Below the pieces are notes generated by a model. It was not told the origin of the DNA, ran no database searches, and saw only the letters and a program-made list of their open reading frames with translations. Positions 1-9,157 of a DNA stretch of 64,000 nt are shown piece by piece. A program made the position numbers and the translations under genes. How positions within the stretch are numbered: position 1 is the first letter of the stretch; every line of letters starts with the position of its first letter. The DNA comes from an uncultured Solirubrobacteraceae bacterium (GTDB taxonomy: Bacteria; Actinomycetota; Thermoleophilia; Solirubrobacterales; Solirubrobacteraceae), in the NCBI GenBank assembly GCA_963735705.1, contig CAVTLZ010000002.1, forward strand, positions 14,455 through 78,454, read 5' to 3'.

Positions 1-180
1 GCCGCGAAAGCCGCGCACTCCGCGAGCTCGGGACGCACGGCGCCCGCGCCGATCGTCACGACCAGCCCGCTCAGCGCCGGGCAATGGAACCAGCTGATGC
101 AGCGCGTCGCGGCGCTGCCGATACCGACGGTCGTCAGCAAGCCGAGCTCCGCCGCGATCCCCGACCCGAAGCGCAAGTAG
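1..180 (+). CDS. 3' end of a hypothetical protein (truncated by window start)
   Basis: Frame 1 is open from base 1 to TAG at 178-180 (AAKAAHS...PDPKRK) with GC-biased codons; hairpins follow. Confidence 0.5.
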   Translation, partial: AAKAAHSASSGRTAPAPIVTTSPLSAGQWNQLMQRVAALPIPTVVSKPSSAAIPDPKRK

Positions 181-193
181 GCCGACCTCTGGC

Positions 194-279
194 AGCCGCC
201 GGGGACAACCCCGCGGCGGCTACCTGGACCGCGCCGGCGGCGCGGTCCAGGACTTGACCGGTCTCGGACGAGAGCCGGT
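194..279. terminator. Three consecutive stem-loops between convergent genes (probable bidirectional terminator region)
   Basis: Hairpins at 194-221 (bulged), 223-251 (perfect 13-bp stem CCTGGACCGCGCC/GGCGCGGTCCAGG) and 257-279. Confidence 0.55.
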
Positions 280-285
280 TGGCCG

Positions 286-921
286 CTAGCCGTTCGCCGT
301 CCCGGGTCCGGCGCCGGCGGCGCCGGGATGCGCGCGGAATCCGCCAAACAGCGCCCTCATGCACTTCGCATCGGCTGCTTTGAACTTGGCGCTGGCCGTG
401 TCGATGCCCTTGGTATTGAAGATCGGGCCCCTGCCGGAGGTGTTCGGGGCCGGGATCTGCACGCCGTTTTCGTTCATGCACGCCGCGAATTTCGCGAGCG
501 CCTGTTTGGCCGCCGGGGTGCTGAAGCGGTTGGCGCCGCCTGGGAGGCGGCCGCGCGGGAAGCCACCACACTTCTTGATGGCCGCTTCGTACTGGGCTTT
601 GCTGACGCCCTTTGGCAGCGCGAAGCCGCCGCCGCCGAGGAAGCCGCCGGCTCCCGGACCCTGGCCGGCTTTGCGTGCGGGCAGCGTGATGCCGTCCTTC
701 TTCAGACATTCGCGGATCGCGGCGAAGCGCCCTTTGGCGGCGCCTGCTGGCCCGCCCGGCGCGGGCGTCGTCGCGCTCGCGCTCGCGTTCTTGCTCGCGG
801 TCGAGGCGGTGTTGGAGGAGGTGCTCGAGGAGCCTCCGCACGCCGCCAGCGCGAGGCTGGCGAGCACGAGGACCAGCGCCGCTGTTACGGGTCTACTGCT
901 CTTGCTGTCGATGTGAGGCAT
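286..921 (-). CDS. Lipoprotein with two Cys-containing repeats
   Basis: Signal peptide with lipobox LAAC; repeats RECLKKDGITLP and AACMNENGVQIP each followed by a later Cys; SD AAGGA; last gene of the ABC operon. Confidence 0.8.
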   Translation of the reverse strand: MPHIDSKSSRPVTAALVLVLASLALAACGGSSSTSSNTASTASKNASASATTPAPGGPAGAAKGRFAAIRECLKKDGITLPARKAGQGPGAGGFLGGGGFALPKGVSKAQYEAAIKKCGGFPRGRLPGGANRFSTPAAKQALAKFAACMNENGVQIPAPNTSGRGPIFNTKGIDTASAKFKAADAKCMRALFGGFRAHPGAAGAGPGTANG

Positions 922-1003
922 TGACTTCCTTTGTTGGTGATCGAGTTGTCGGATTCGTGCCCGCCTGGCAGCGCTCTCCCATCAGCCGGGACTGTAGTCG
1001 TCG

Positions 1004-1630
1004 CTAGCCCCCGCTGCCGAACAGCGAGGGTTCGCCGCTGCCTTTGCCTGTCGAGCTCGAGCTCGAGCTCGCGGCCGTGCCGCCGAACAGCGCCGCCAGC
1101 CCGCCCCCGCTCGATCCGACGCTGATCGTTTCGGCGCTGACGGTCCCGTTCGAGCCGGTGGTGCCGGTGACGGTGACCGTTTCGCCGGGGTGGATGCTCC
1201 TGACGCTGGCCTTGACGGTCTTGCTCACGCTGGTCGCGGCCGAGGTCGTGACCTTGACGGTGTTGCCTTCGGAATCGAGCACATACAGCGTATTGCCGGC
1301 GAGATAGGCGACGGTGCCGGCGGTCGGTCGGGCAAAGCCCGCGCCTGCGGATCCGCTCGCGCCCGCGAGGGCCGAGCCCGCGCCTGCGCCCTCGCGCAGG
1401 GCGCGCAAGCGCGACGCGAACCCCGTCGCTGCGCCGGCGCCGGCGCTCGATGCGGACGGCGATTCGCCCTTCTCGACGAGTACCCCGCCGATGAACCCGC
1501 AGGCGATCAGCAGCACGCCGAGCAGCGCCAGGAAGATCGGGTTGGCCCCCGTCCCGAACAGGCGCCGTCTCGGCCGGCGAGGCAGCTCCTCGGGTTCCTG
1601 CAGCCATTCGTCGGGCTCCTCGTGGGGCAT
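1004..1630 (-). CDS. Membrane-anchored protein with DUF5666-like OB-fold domain
   Basis: SD CAGGAGG 5 nt before ATG 1630; one TM helix; GTV...TLYV...G.TVKV...GETVTVTG pattern; Ser/Gly-rich tail. Confidence 0.7.
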   Translation of the reverse strand: MPHEEPDEWLQEPEELPRRPRRRLFGTGANPIFLALLGVLLIACGFIGGVLVEKGESPSASSAGAGAATGFASRLRALREGAGAGSALAGASGSAGAGFARPTAGTVAYLAGNTLYVLDSEGNTVKVTTSAATSVSKTVKASVRSIHPGETVTVTGTTGSNGTVSAETISVGSSGGGLAALFGGTAASSSSSSTGKGSGEPSLFGSGG

Positions 1631-1658
1631 GGCGGCCTCCTGATGGGGGGAAGTTGGA

Positions 1659-2879
1659 TCACTCAAAGCGCAGCGCTTCGATCGGTCGAAGGTGGGCGGC
1701 GCGCGCCGCCGGGTAGGTGCCGAAGAACAGGCCCGAGGCGAGCGCGGCGCCGAAGGCGAGGAAGATCGAGTAGGTGGCGATCTCCGGATGCACGCCGGCG
1801 ATTTCGAACTGGCTGCCGATCACGCCGACCGCCACGCCGGCGATCCCGCCGAAGAGGGAGACGAGCATCGCCTCGGTCAGGAACTGGTTGAGGATGTCGC
1901 TGCGCCTCGCGCCGACCGCCTTGCGGATGCCGATCTCGCGCGTGCGCTCGGTCACCGACACGAGCATGATGTTCATCACGCCGATCCCGCCGACGAGCAG
2001 CGAGATCGCGGCTACCTCTCCAAGCAGCGTCGTGAACACGCTGCTGGTCGAGCTCGAGGTTTCCAGCAGCGAGCCCTGGTTGAGCACGCTAAAACCGGGT
2101 TCGGCGGTGTCCTTGATCTTGTGGCGTTCCTCGAGGATCGTCGTGACCTCCGCTTCGGAGGCGTTGAGCGAGGATTCGGACTTCGCCTGGACGGTGATCG
2201 AATCGATCGGCCCGGCGCCCGTCAGCGAGTGCTGCACCGTCGTGATCGGGGCCATCACGACGTCGTCCTCGTTGGTGGTCCCGTTCGTCCCCTTTTTCGC
2301 GAGCACGCCGACCACTTCGTAGTTGCTGCCGTTGACCTTCATGTTCTGCCCGACGGCGCTCTGCCCGGCGAACAGTTCCTGCACGACGGTCTGGCCGATC
2401 ACCGCCACGCGCCTGTTCTTTCCCACGTCTTCGGCGGTGAACGCGGCGCCTTCCTGGACGCTGTACGTGTGCGCGGTCAGATACGAGGGGGTGGTGCCGA
2501 CGAACGACGACGGTTCGTAGCTGGTGGCGCCGTAGACGAGTTTCACGCCGGTGGCGTCGACGACGGGGGAGGCGCTCTTGACGTCCGGTGCGAGGCTCGG
2601 GCTCTGCAGCGCTTCGGCGTCCGCTCTGGTCAGCGAGATGCTCGTCGTGGAGCCGGCGCGCGGACCGAAGCGAAAGCCCCCGCTGCCCTGCACCACGAGC
2701 ACGTTCGTGCCGAGGCTCTGGATCGTCGACTGCACCGCCTTGGAGGAGCCGTTGCCGACGGCGATCAGCACGATCACCGAGGCGACCCCGATCGTCATGC
2801 CGAGGATCGTCAGGCCGGAGCGCAGCTTGTTCGCGGTGATCCCGCTCCAGGCGATGCGCAGCATCTCCGGGCCGATCAT
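1659..2879 (-). CDS. ABC transporter permease, MacB/FtsX family
   Basis: NKLRSGLTILGMTIGVASVI; GGIGVMNIMLVSVTERTREIGIRKAVGA; YPAARAAHLRPIEALRFE. Confidence 0.95.
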   Translation of the reverse strand: MIGPEMLRIAWSGITANKLRSGLTILGMTIGVASVIVLIAVGNGSSKAVQSTIQSLGTNVLVVQGSGGFRFGPRAGSTTSISLTRADAEALQSPSLAPDVKSASPVVDATGVKLVYGATSYEPSSFVGTTPSYLTAHTYSVQEGAAFTAEDVGKNRRVAVIGQTVVQELFAGQSAVGQNMKVNGSNYEVVGVLAKKGTNGTTNEDDVVMAPITTVQHSLTGAGPIDSITVQAKSESSLNASEAEVTTILEERHKIKDTAEPGFSVLNQGSLLETSSSTSSVFTTLLGEVAAISLLVGGIGVMNIMLVSVTERTREIGIRKAVGARRSDILNQFLTEAMLVSLFGGIAGVAVGVIGSQFEIAGVHPEIATYSIFLAFGAALASGLFFGTYPAARAAHLRPIEALRFE

Positions 2880-3763
2880 GACTTTGGCTCCATGGCGCCG
2901 GCGGCGGGCGGACGGTGCGCGGACTTCTGGCTGTGCGGCGCGGGCGGTGCATCGTGCACGCCGAGCGTGCGGCGGTCCTCGACGATCTGGCCGTCGCTCA
3001 GGCGGACCACGCGCTTGCTCTGTTCGGCCACGTCCGGCTCGTGGGTGATCAGGACCACCGTGCGGCCTTCTTCGTTCAGCCGCGCGAAGATCCGCAGGAC
3101 GTCCTCGGTCGAATGCGAGTCGAGGTTGCCGGTCGGCTCGTCCGCGAGGATCAGCGCGGGGTTGGTGACGATCGCCCGTGCGACGGCAACGCGCTGTTGC
3201 TGGCCGCCGGAGAGCTCGGAGGGCTGGTGGTGCATGCGGTTGGCCATGCCCACCGAGCGCAGCGCCCGTTCGGCGCGCTTCCTGCGCTTGGCGCCTCGCA
3301 GGCCGGCGTAGGCGAGCGGCAGCTCGACGTTGGCGAGCGCGCTCGTGCGCGCGACGAGGTTGAAGCTCTGGAAGACGAAGCCGATCTTGCGGTTGCGCAG
3401 GTCGGCGAGATCGTCCTCGTCCATCTCGCTGACGTCCACGCCGTCGATCTCATAGCGTCCGCGGGTGGGTACGTCCAGGCAGCCGAGGATGTTCATCAGC
3501 GTGCTCTTGCCGCTACCCGAGCTGCCCATGATCGCCACCAGGTCGCCGGTGTCGATGCGCAGCGAGACGTCGCGCAGGGCGCGCACGTGGATCTGCCCGA
3601 GGTCGAACACCTTGGAGATGTTGTGGACGGCGATCACCGGATGGGTGCGAGGATCGCGCTCGCTTCCCGACGGGCCCTGCCCTGATCGCGGGCGTGCCAC
3701 CAGCGGCCGCTCGCGGGGGACGCGAGGCGGCGCTTGTGTGCGCGAGCGCGCGGGCCAGCGCAT
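2876..3763 (-). CDS. ABC transporter ATP-binding protein, MacB/LolD type
   Basis: Walker A GSSGSGKS, signature LSGGQQQR, Walker B ILADEPTGNLD, H-loop LITHE; start overlaps the upstream stop (TGATG). Confidence 0.95.
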   Translation of the reverse strand: MRWPARSRTQAPPRVPRERPLVARPRSGQGPSGSERDPRTHPVIAVHNISKVFDLGQIHVRALRDVSLRIDTGDLVAIMGSSGSGKSTLMNILGCLDVPTRGRYEIDGVDVSEMDEDDLADLRNRKIGFVFQSFNLVARTSALANVELPLAYAGLRGAKRRKRAERALRSVGMANRMHHQPSELSGGQQQRVAVARAIVTNPALILADEPTGNLDSHSTEDVLRIFARLNEEGRTVVLITHEPDVAEQSKRVVRLSDGQIVEDRRTLGVHDAPPAPHSQKSAHRPPAAGAMEPKS

Positions 3764-5340
3764 CAGCCGCCGCCTCTGAAGAAGGCGGCGCCGCCGCCAC
3801 CGCCGCCGCCGCTGCCGAGACCGCCGCCGAGCGCGGCCCCGCCGCCTGCGAGGCGGCTGAGCCTGGAGGTGAGGCTCGTGGCGCTCGAGCTGCTCGTGCT
3901 CGCCGCCGGTAGGACGACCGTTTCTCCAGCCTTCAGGCCGCTGAGGACGACCGTCGAGCTGTTGCCGGCGAGACCTGTGACGACCCGCTGGCGCGCCTGC
4001 TTGCCGGCGCGCTCGACGGTGACCGTGTCCGCGGTGATCGCGCTGGTCGGGACGTTGAGGCCTTCGGCCTGCTTGACGACGACTTCCGCGGTCGCGCTCA
4101 TGCCCAGCTTCAGACCGGGGGTGAGCTGGTCGAGCTGGAAGGTGACGTCGTAGCTGACCGCGCCGCTGCTGCTCGTCGAGAGCAGCGCCACTTCGCTGAC
4201 GTGCGCCGCCAGCTTGCGTCCTTCGAGCGCTTCGACGGTCACGGTCGCGATCTGGCCGACCTTGACGCTGCCGATTTCCGATTCGCTCAACGGGACCACC
4301 AGCTGCATCGAGCTGAGATCGCTGAGAACGGCGAAGGCGGAGCTCGAGGAGCTGGCGGAGCTGGAGGAGCTGGACGCGCTCGAGGCGGCGGCCGCCGAGC
4401 GGCCCGTCGCGCCGGAGCCGCTGGCTCCCGACCCGCTCGATCCGGAGCCCCCGGAGGAGCCGGTGGCGCTCGAGGCCCTCGTCGTGCCGCTGCCGGAGAC
4501 GACTTCTCCGACCTGCCCGGAGAGCGAGACGATCGTGCCGCTCTCGGGTGCGTACAGGTTGGTGTCCTGCACGGCCTGTTCGTCGCTGTGGACGGTCAGC
4601 GTGTCGCTCCTGACAGCCGCCCGCGCCGAGGCGAGGTTCGCTTCGCGTGTCGCGGTGCTGATTTTTTCCTTTTCCTTGGCTTTTTCCTTCGTGCCTTCGG
4701 ATTCGCCTTCGGCGCGCTTCGATTTCGCGCCCGATCGTTCTTCGGAGCTCGCCGGCGCGGGGGTGCTCTGGCCGGGCGACTTGCTCGTGGGCGAGGTCGT
4801 GGTGGGTGTGGTCGTGGCCGGCGTGCTCGCCGGCGTCGTCGTGGTCGTCGCGCCCGCCGAGGCGGTGGCCGCCGGGTCGGTCTGCGCGACGGCTGTCTCG
4901 CGTACGGAGGCGGCCGACGCGGAGCCGCCGCTTGCCGCGCCCGCTGCGCTCGAGCCTTCGCCGTCGGTTTCTTCCTCCTTGGCGAGGTTGGCTTCTGCGG
5001 ACTGCAGGGTCGCCTTCGCCTGTTCGAGGGTCACTTCGGCGCTCTGCGGGTCGAGGCTCGCCAGCAACTGGCCCTGCGCGACGTGCTCGCCCTGGGTGAC
5101 GAAGATGTGCGTGACCGTTCCGCCCGTCTTGAAGCCGAGGTTGAGCTGATTGAGCGCCTGCAGGTTGCCGCTGCCGGAGACCGTCGACTGCACCACGCCC
5201 TGGGCGACGGTCGCGGTGCGCGTCACGGTCGCCTGGCTGCTCGACGCCGGTCCCACGACGAGCACGGCGGCCACGATCGCGCCGGCGCAGAGAGCTCCCA
5301 GCACGTAGACGACCCAGGATGCTCCGGTGCGCTCGGTCAT
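3763..5340 (-). CDS. Efflux periplasmic adaptor (MacA/HlyD-like membrane fusion protein) with low-complexity inserts
   Basis: N-terminal TM; lipoyl halves GGTVTHIFVTQGEHVAQGQLLASLD and LYAPESGTIV; beta-barrel SESEIGSVKVGQ; LKLGMSATA; GLKAGETVV. Confidence 0.9.
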   Translation of the reverse strand: MTERTGASWVVYVLGALCAGAIVAAVLVVGPASSSQATVTRTATVAQGVVQSTVSGSGNLQALNQLNLGFKTGGTVTHIFVTQGEHVAQGQLLASLDPQSAEVTLEQAKATLQSAEANLAKEEETDGEGSSAAGAASGGSASAASVRETAVAQTDPAATASAGATTTTTPASTPATTTPTTTSPTSKSPGQSTPAPASSEERSGAKSKRAEGESEGTKEKAKEKEKISTATREANLASARAAVRSDTLTVHSDEQAVQDTNLYAPESGTIVSLSGQVGEVVSGSGTTRASSATGSSGGSGSSGSGASGSGATGRSAAAASSASSSSSSASSSSSAFAVLSDLSSMQLVVPLSESEIGSVKVGQIATVTVEALEGRKLAAHVSEVALLSTSSSGAVSYDVTFQLDQLTPGLKLGMSATAEVVVKQAEGLNVPTSAITADTVTVERAGKQARQRVVTGLAGNSSTVVLSGLKAGETVVLPAASTSSSSATSLTSRLSRLAGGGAALGGGLGSGGGGGGGAAFFRGGG

Positions 5341-5413
5341 TGCGTTGCTCTCAATGCTGGTCGGGGCCTGTAAGAGAGTGCGAAGAAAGGCTGCAAGCAG
5401 GCGTAAATTCAGC

Positions 5414-5438
5414 TAAAGCACCGCGACGTCCTGCTTTA
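5414..5438. promoter_or_regulatory. Perfect inverted repeat TAAAGCA-N11-TGCTTTA, candidate operator
   Basis: AT-rich 7-11-7 dyad in the divergent gap between the export operon and the ROK gene. Confidence 0.45.
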
Positions 5439-5490
5439 TCCCTCGGGCGGGTTCCAACGTTGCGGCGGAGGTCTGCGATCATCCGCCCGG

Positions 5491-6462
5491 ATGTCCACCT
5501 ATGGCGGGATCGACCTCGGTGGGACCAAGATCCAGGCGGCGATCGTCGACGAGGAGAACAACGTCCTCGGCTCAGCGCGCCGCCCGACGCCAACCAGCGG
5601 TGGGCCGGCCGATGTCGCCGCGGAGATGGAGACGGCGCTGCGCGACGCCGCCAAGGCCGCCGAGGTTGAGCTGGTGGACGGCAAGCCGGTCCTGGCGGGG
5701 GTCGGCGTCGGCTCCCCCGGCACGATCGACGCCGGCGAGGTGACCAGCGCGCGCAACCTGCCAGGCTGGGAAGGCACGTTCCCGCTGGCGGCGACGCTGG
5801 AAGGCGCGCTTGGCTGTCGCGTGGCGGTTGGCAACGACGTGCAGGTGGCGACCGACGCCGAGTTCAAACTGGGTGCGGGCCGCCTGTACAGCTCGCTGCT
5901 GGGAGTCTTCTGGGGGACTGGCGTGGGCGGCGGGATCATCCTCGACGGCAGGCCGTGGACCGGGCGCGGCGGCGCCGGCGAGATCGGGCACGTGGTGGTG
6001 GAGATCGACGGGGCGCGCTGCACGTGCGGGCGGCTGGGCTGCATGGAGGCGTACGCGGGCCGCGCTGCGATGGAAGCGCACGTGCGCCAGCTCACGGAGG
6101 AGAAGGGCCGCAAGACCGACCTGTTCAAGCTGATGAAGGAGCAGAACCGGACGCGTTTGACCAGCGGCGTGTGGGCGCGAGCGCTCGCGGCCAAGGACAA
6201 GCTCGCGATCCAGACGCTCGACCGCGCCGTGCGCGCGCTCGGCGCGGGGATCGCCTCGGTGATCAACGTGCTCGACGTGGAGGGCGTGATCATCGGCGGC
6301 GGGCTGGGGATCAGGCTCGGACACCCGTTCGCCAAGCGGATCGCCGAGGAGATGCAGCCGCATCTGTTCGCCGACTCGCGCCCCCCGCACGTGCACGTCG
6401 CGGCCCTCGGTGACCTCGGCGGGGCGATCGGGGCGTCGCTTCTGGTCCGCGGCGAGGCGTAA
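5491..6462 (+). CDS. ROK family sugar kinase (glucokinase-like)
   Basis: GIDLGGTK; NDVQVA; GTGVGGGII; AGEIGH; Zn motif CTCGRLGCMEAYAG. Confidence 0.93.
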   Translation: MSTYGGIDLGGTKIQAAIVDEENNVLGSARRPTPTSGGPADVAAEMETALRDAAKAAEVELVDGKPVLAGVGVGSPGTIDAGEVTSARNLPGWEGTFPLAATLEGALGCRVAVGNDVQVATDAEFKLGAGRLYSSLLGVFWGTGVGGGIILDGRPWTGRGGAGEIGHVVVEIDGARCTCGRLGCMEAYAGRAAMEAHVRQLTEEKGRKTDLFKLMKEQNRTRLTSGVWARALAAKDKLAIQTLDRAVRALGAGIASVINVLDVEGVIIGGGLGIRLGHPFAKRIAEEMQPHLFADSRPPHVHVAALGDLGGAIGASLLVRGEA

Positions 6463-6486
6463 CCGCGCTGAGAAGGCCGGGCGACG

Positions 6487-7797
6487 CTAGAGGCTCGAGA
6501 CGGTGATGACGACGAGCGCGATCGAGAGGGTCGAGGTGACCGCGACGGTCACGGCGGCCGCGCCGTCGAGCAGTCCGCGGCTGCGTCGCTCGCCCATCAC
6601 GTGGCGCGAACGCGCCAGGCGCCAGATGAAGAACAGGTTGATGGGCAGGAGGAACCCGTTCACCACCTGCACCGCCACGAGCAGCGAGATCACGGGCACG
6701 CCCGGGATGATCGCCACGAACGCGCTGATCATGATCATCGCGGTGATGATGTTCACGAACACCGGCGCCTCCTTGCGCCGCCGCCCGATGCCCTTCTCAT
6801 AGCCGAGGGACTCGGAGACGACATACGAGGTCGCGATCGGGAGGATCGCGGCCGCGAGCAGGCTGGCGCCCAGCAGCCCGATCCCGAACAGCACCTCCGC
6901 GTAGCGGCCCGCGAACGGGTTCAGCGCGCGGGCGGCGTCGGCGGCGGAGCCGATGTTGTGTATGCCGTGGGTGAACAGCGTCGCGCCGACGGCGATGATG
7001 ATGAACGAGGCGATGATGTTGGCGAACACGGCGCCGGCGACCGCCTCGTGCTCCTCGTGGACCAGCTCGTCCTCGCGCACGCCGCGGTCCACCACGGCCG
7101 ACTGCAGGTACAGCTGCATGTATGGCGTGATCGTGGTGCCGGTGGTGGCGATCAGCAGCACCAGGAACGCCGAGTTGGTGTGGATCTGCGGCACCACCAG
7201 CGCTTTGCCGACGGCCGCCCAGTGCGGATGCGCGAGCACGGCGGCGATCGGGTAGCCGAAGAAGGGGATCGTGAACCAGATGAAGATGCGCTCGGCCGAG
7301 CGGTAGGAGCCGCGAACGATGATCAACCAGATCCCAGCCGCGGCGATCGGCACGGAGATCTGTGCGGGCACGCCTGCCAGGCCGAGCGCCGCGCCGATGC
7401 CGACGAAGTCGGAGATGCAGATGCCGAGATTGGCGATCAGCACGGCGCTCGTGGCGAGAACCGACCAGCGGATTCCGTACTCCTCGCGCACGAGCTCGGC
7501 CAGGCCCTTGCCGGTGACCACGCCCATGCGCGCGGCGAGCATCTGCACGAGCGCCAGCGAGATCGTGATCAGCACGATCGTCCACAGCAGCTCGTATCCG
7601 TACTTCGCGCCTACGGAGGAGTAGGTGGCGATCCCGCCGGCGTCGTTGCCGGCGTTGGCCGCGATCAGGCCCGGGCCGAGCAGGCCCAGGAAGGCGAACA
7701 GACGTGCGCGGCGAGGGCTAAGCCGCGCAGGCAGACGCGGTCGACCACGCGTGGCCGACCGGATGCGACGCATGACGGACGGTACTCGGACCGCCAT
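6487..7797 (-). CDS. NRAMP-family divalent metal transporter (Mg-type, NRMT-like)
   Basis: LGPGL..ANAGNDAGGIATY (DAGG rather than DPGN), VTGKGLAEL, GTTITPYM, about 11 TM segments. Start may be 7797 or 7773. Confidence 0.9.
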   Translation of the reverse strand: MAVRVPSVMRRIRSATRGRPRLPARLSPRRARLFAFLGLLGPGLIAANAGNDAGGIATYSSVGAKYGYELLWTIVLITISLALVQMLAARMGVVTGKGLAELVREEYGIRWSVLATSAVLIANLGICISDFVGIGAALGLAGVPAQISVPIAAAGIWLIIVRGSYRSAERIFIWFTIPFFGYPIAAVLAHPHWAAVGKALVVPQIHTNSAFLVLLIATTGTTITPYMQLYLQSAVVDRGVREDELVHEEHEAVAGAVFANIIASFIIIAVGATLFTHGIHNIGSAADAARALNPFAGRYAEVLFGIGLLGASLLAAAILPIATSYVVSESLGYEKGIGRRRKEAPVFVNIITAMIMISAFVAIIPGVPVISLLVAVQVVNGFLLPINLFFIWRLARSRHVMGERRSRGLLDGAAAVTVAVTSTLSIALVVITVSSL

Positions 7798-7870
7798 CGA
7801 ACTGTCCGCTTGGAGCCTTCATCGTGCAGCAGTCTATTCAGTCGCCGCTCGTGGGAACGGGCGCGAGCTG

Positions 7871-9157
7871 TCAGTCCTCGCCGAGTAGACCGAAGCGCCG
7901 CCGCCAACCACGGGGGAGCATCGCCTCGAGCACGTCATCGACGGTCACGACCCCGAGCATCCGCCGGCGCTCGTCGGTTACCGGGATCGCCGTGAGGTTG
8001 TAGTCGGCCATCTGCCGCGCGACCTCCTCGAACGACGCGTCAGGAGCGAGACAGGGGGTCTCGTGCTTGACGATCGTGCTCAGCTGGCGGCTGGGCTCGG
8101 CGCGCAGCAGCGCCGTGACGGGAATGCCACCTTCGAGCGAGCCGTCGGCGGAGCTCACGAAGACGGTGGCAAGCAGCTCGGGTGCGATCTCGCTGCGGCG
8201 GACGGCTTCGAGCGCGTCGCCCGCGGACGTCGAGCCGCGCAGCAGGACGAAGTCGGGGCTCATCAGACCGCCGGCCTCGGCGGGGTCGTAGCCCAGCAGC
8301 GCTCGCACCTTGATCCGGTGGCTCACGGGCAGCAGCGCGAGCACGAGCTCGCGCCGCTCCTCGTCGAGCTCGCCGACGATGTCCGCGGCGTCGTCGGGCG
8401 CCATCCTCGAGAGGATCTCGGCGACCTGCGCATCTGGCCGGTCCTCGAGGAACTCTCGCTGGTGCTGGTCGTCGAGCTCCTCGAAGACATCCGCCTCCAG
8501 CTCGCGGTCGTCGTCGCCGACCGCCTGGATGATCTCTTCGCCCTCGTGTCGCGACGCGGCCTCGACGAGGTCCGCGATCTGCGCGGGGTGGAGCTTCGCG
8601 AGCTTGGGATGCGGCACGCGCAGGCGCACCGTCGGCACGTGCCCTACGAACGGCTCGACTCCCGCCCAGTCGAGGAACTCGCCGGTCGCGATGTGCGACC
8701 CGAGCGCCTTCGGCAGCAGCCGCCGCAGGCCGCCGCGCGGGCCCGTGTCCACGCCGACCACGCGCCAGGAGCCGGCGACGAACGCGAGCTCGATCTCGTT
8801 GGCGCGCACCAGCCGCGCGCCCTGGACGTTGATCAGCTGCCGATCCAGCAGGTCGCGCTTGAGCAGCACCTCCTCCGCCCGGCGCTCGAACGGGCGCAGG
8901 TCGAGCTTGGCCTTGCGCATGACGACGCCCTCGACGCCGATCTCAGAGACCCTGTCGACGCCGAGGAACGAGGGCCGGCCGGCGACGTTGACGAGGAAGC
9001 CCGTGATCGGCGGATAGCCGACGCCGCCGAGTCGCACGATCAGGTCCTCGACCTTGCCGAGGCGCTGGCCATCGGCATCGCGCAGCGGACTGCCGACCAC
9101 GGTGGACAGATGCAGGATCGGCGGTGCCTGGGTTGCGGGCGCGCTCACGACGCTCAT
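7871..9157 (-). CDS. Soluble MgtE-like protein (PRC-barrel + MgtE_N + CBS pair), no transmembrane domain
   Basis: LGKVEDLIV PRC motif; LHPAQIADL; MAPDDAADI; AGGLMSPDF; YNLTAIPV and GVVTVDDVLE CBS motifs; ends without TM helices. Start 9157 or GTG 9148. Confidence 0.88.
   Translation of the reverse strand: MSVVSAPATQAPPILHLSTVVGSPLRDADGQRLGKVEDLIVRLGGVGYPPITGFLVNVAGRPSFLGVDRVSEIGVEGVVMRKAKLDLRPFERRAEEVLLKRDLLDRQLINVQGARLVRANEIELAFVAGSWRVVGVDTGPRGGLRRLLPKALGSHIATGEFLDWAGVEPFVGHVPTVRLRVPHPKLAKLHPAQIADLVEAASRHEGEEIIQAVGDDDRELEADVFEELDDQHQREFLEDRPDAQVAEILSRMAPDDAADIVGELDEERRELVLALLPVSHRIKVRALLGYDPAEAGGLMSPDFVLLRGSTSAGDALEAVRRSEIAPELLATVFVSSADGSLEGGIPVTALLRAEPSRQLSTIVKHETPCLAPDASFEEVARQMADYNLTAIPVTDERRRMLGVVTVDDVLEAMLPRGWRRRFGLLGED

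Noticed and set aside
1050-1071. Tandem GAGCTC repeats
   Set aside because: They simply encode a poly-Ser linker.
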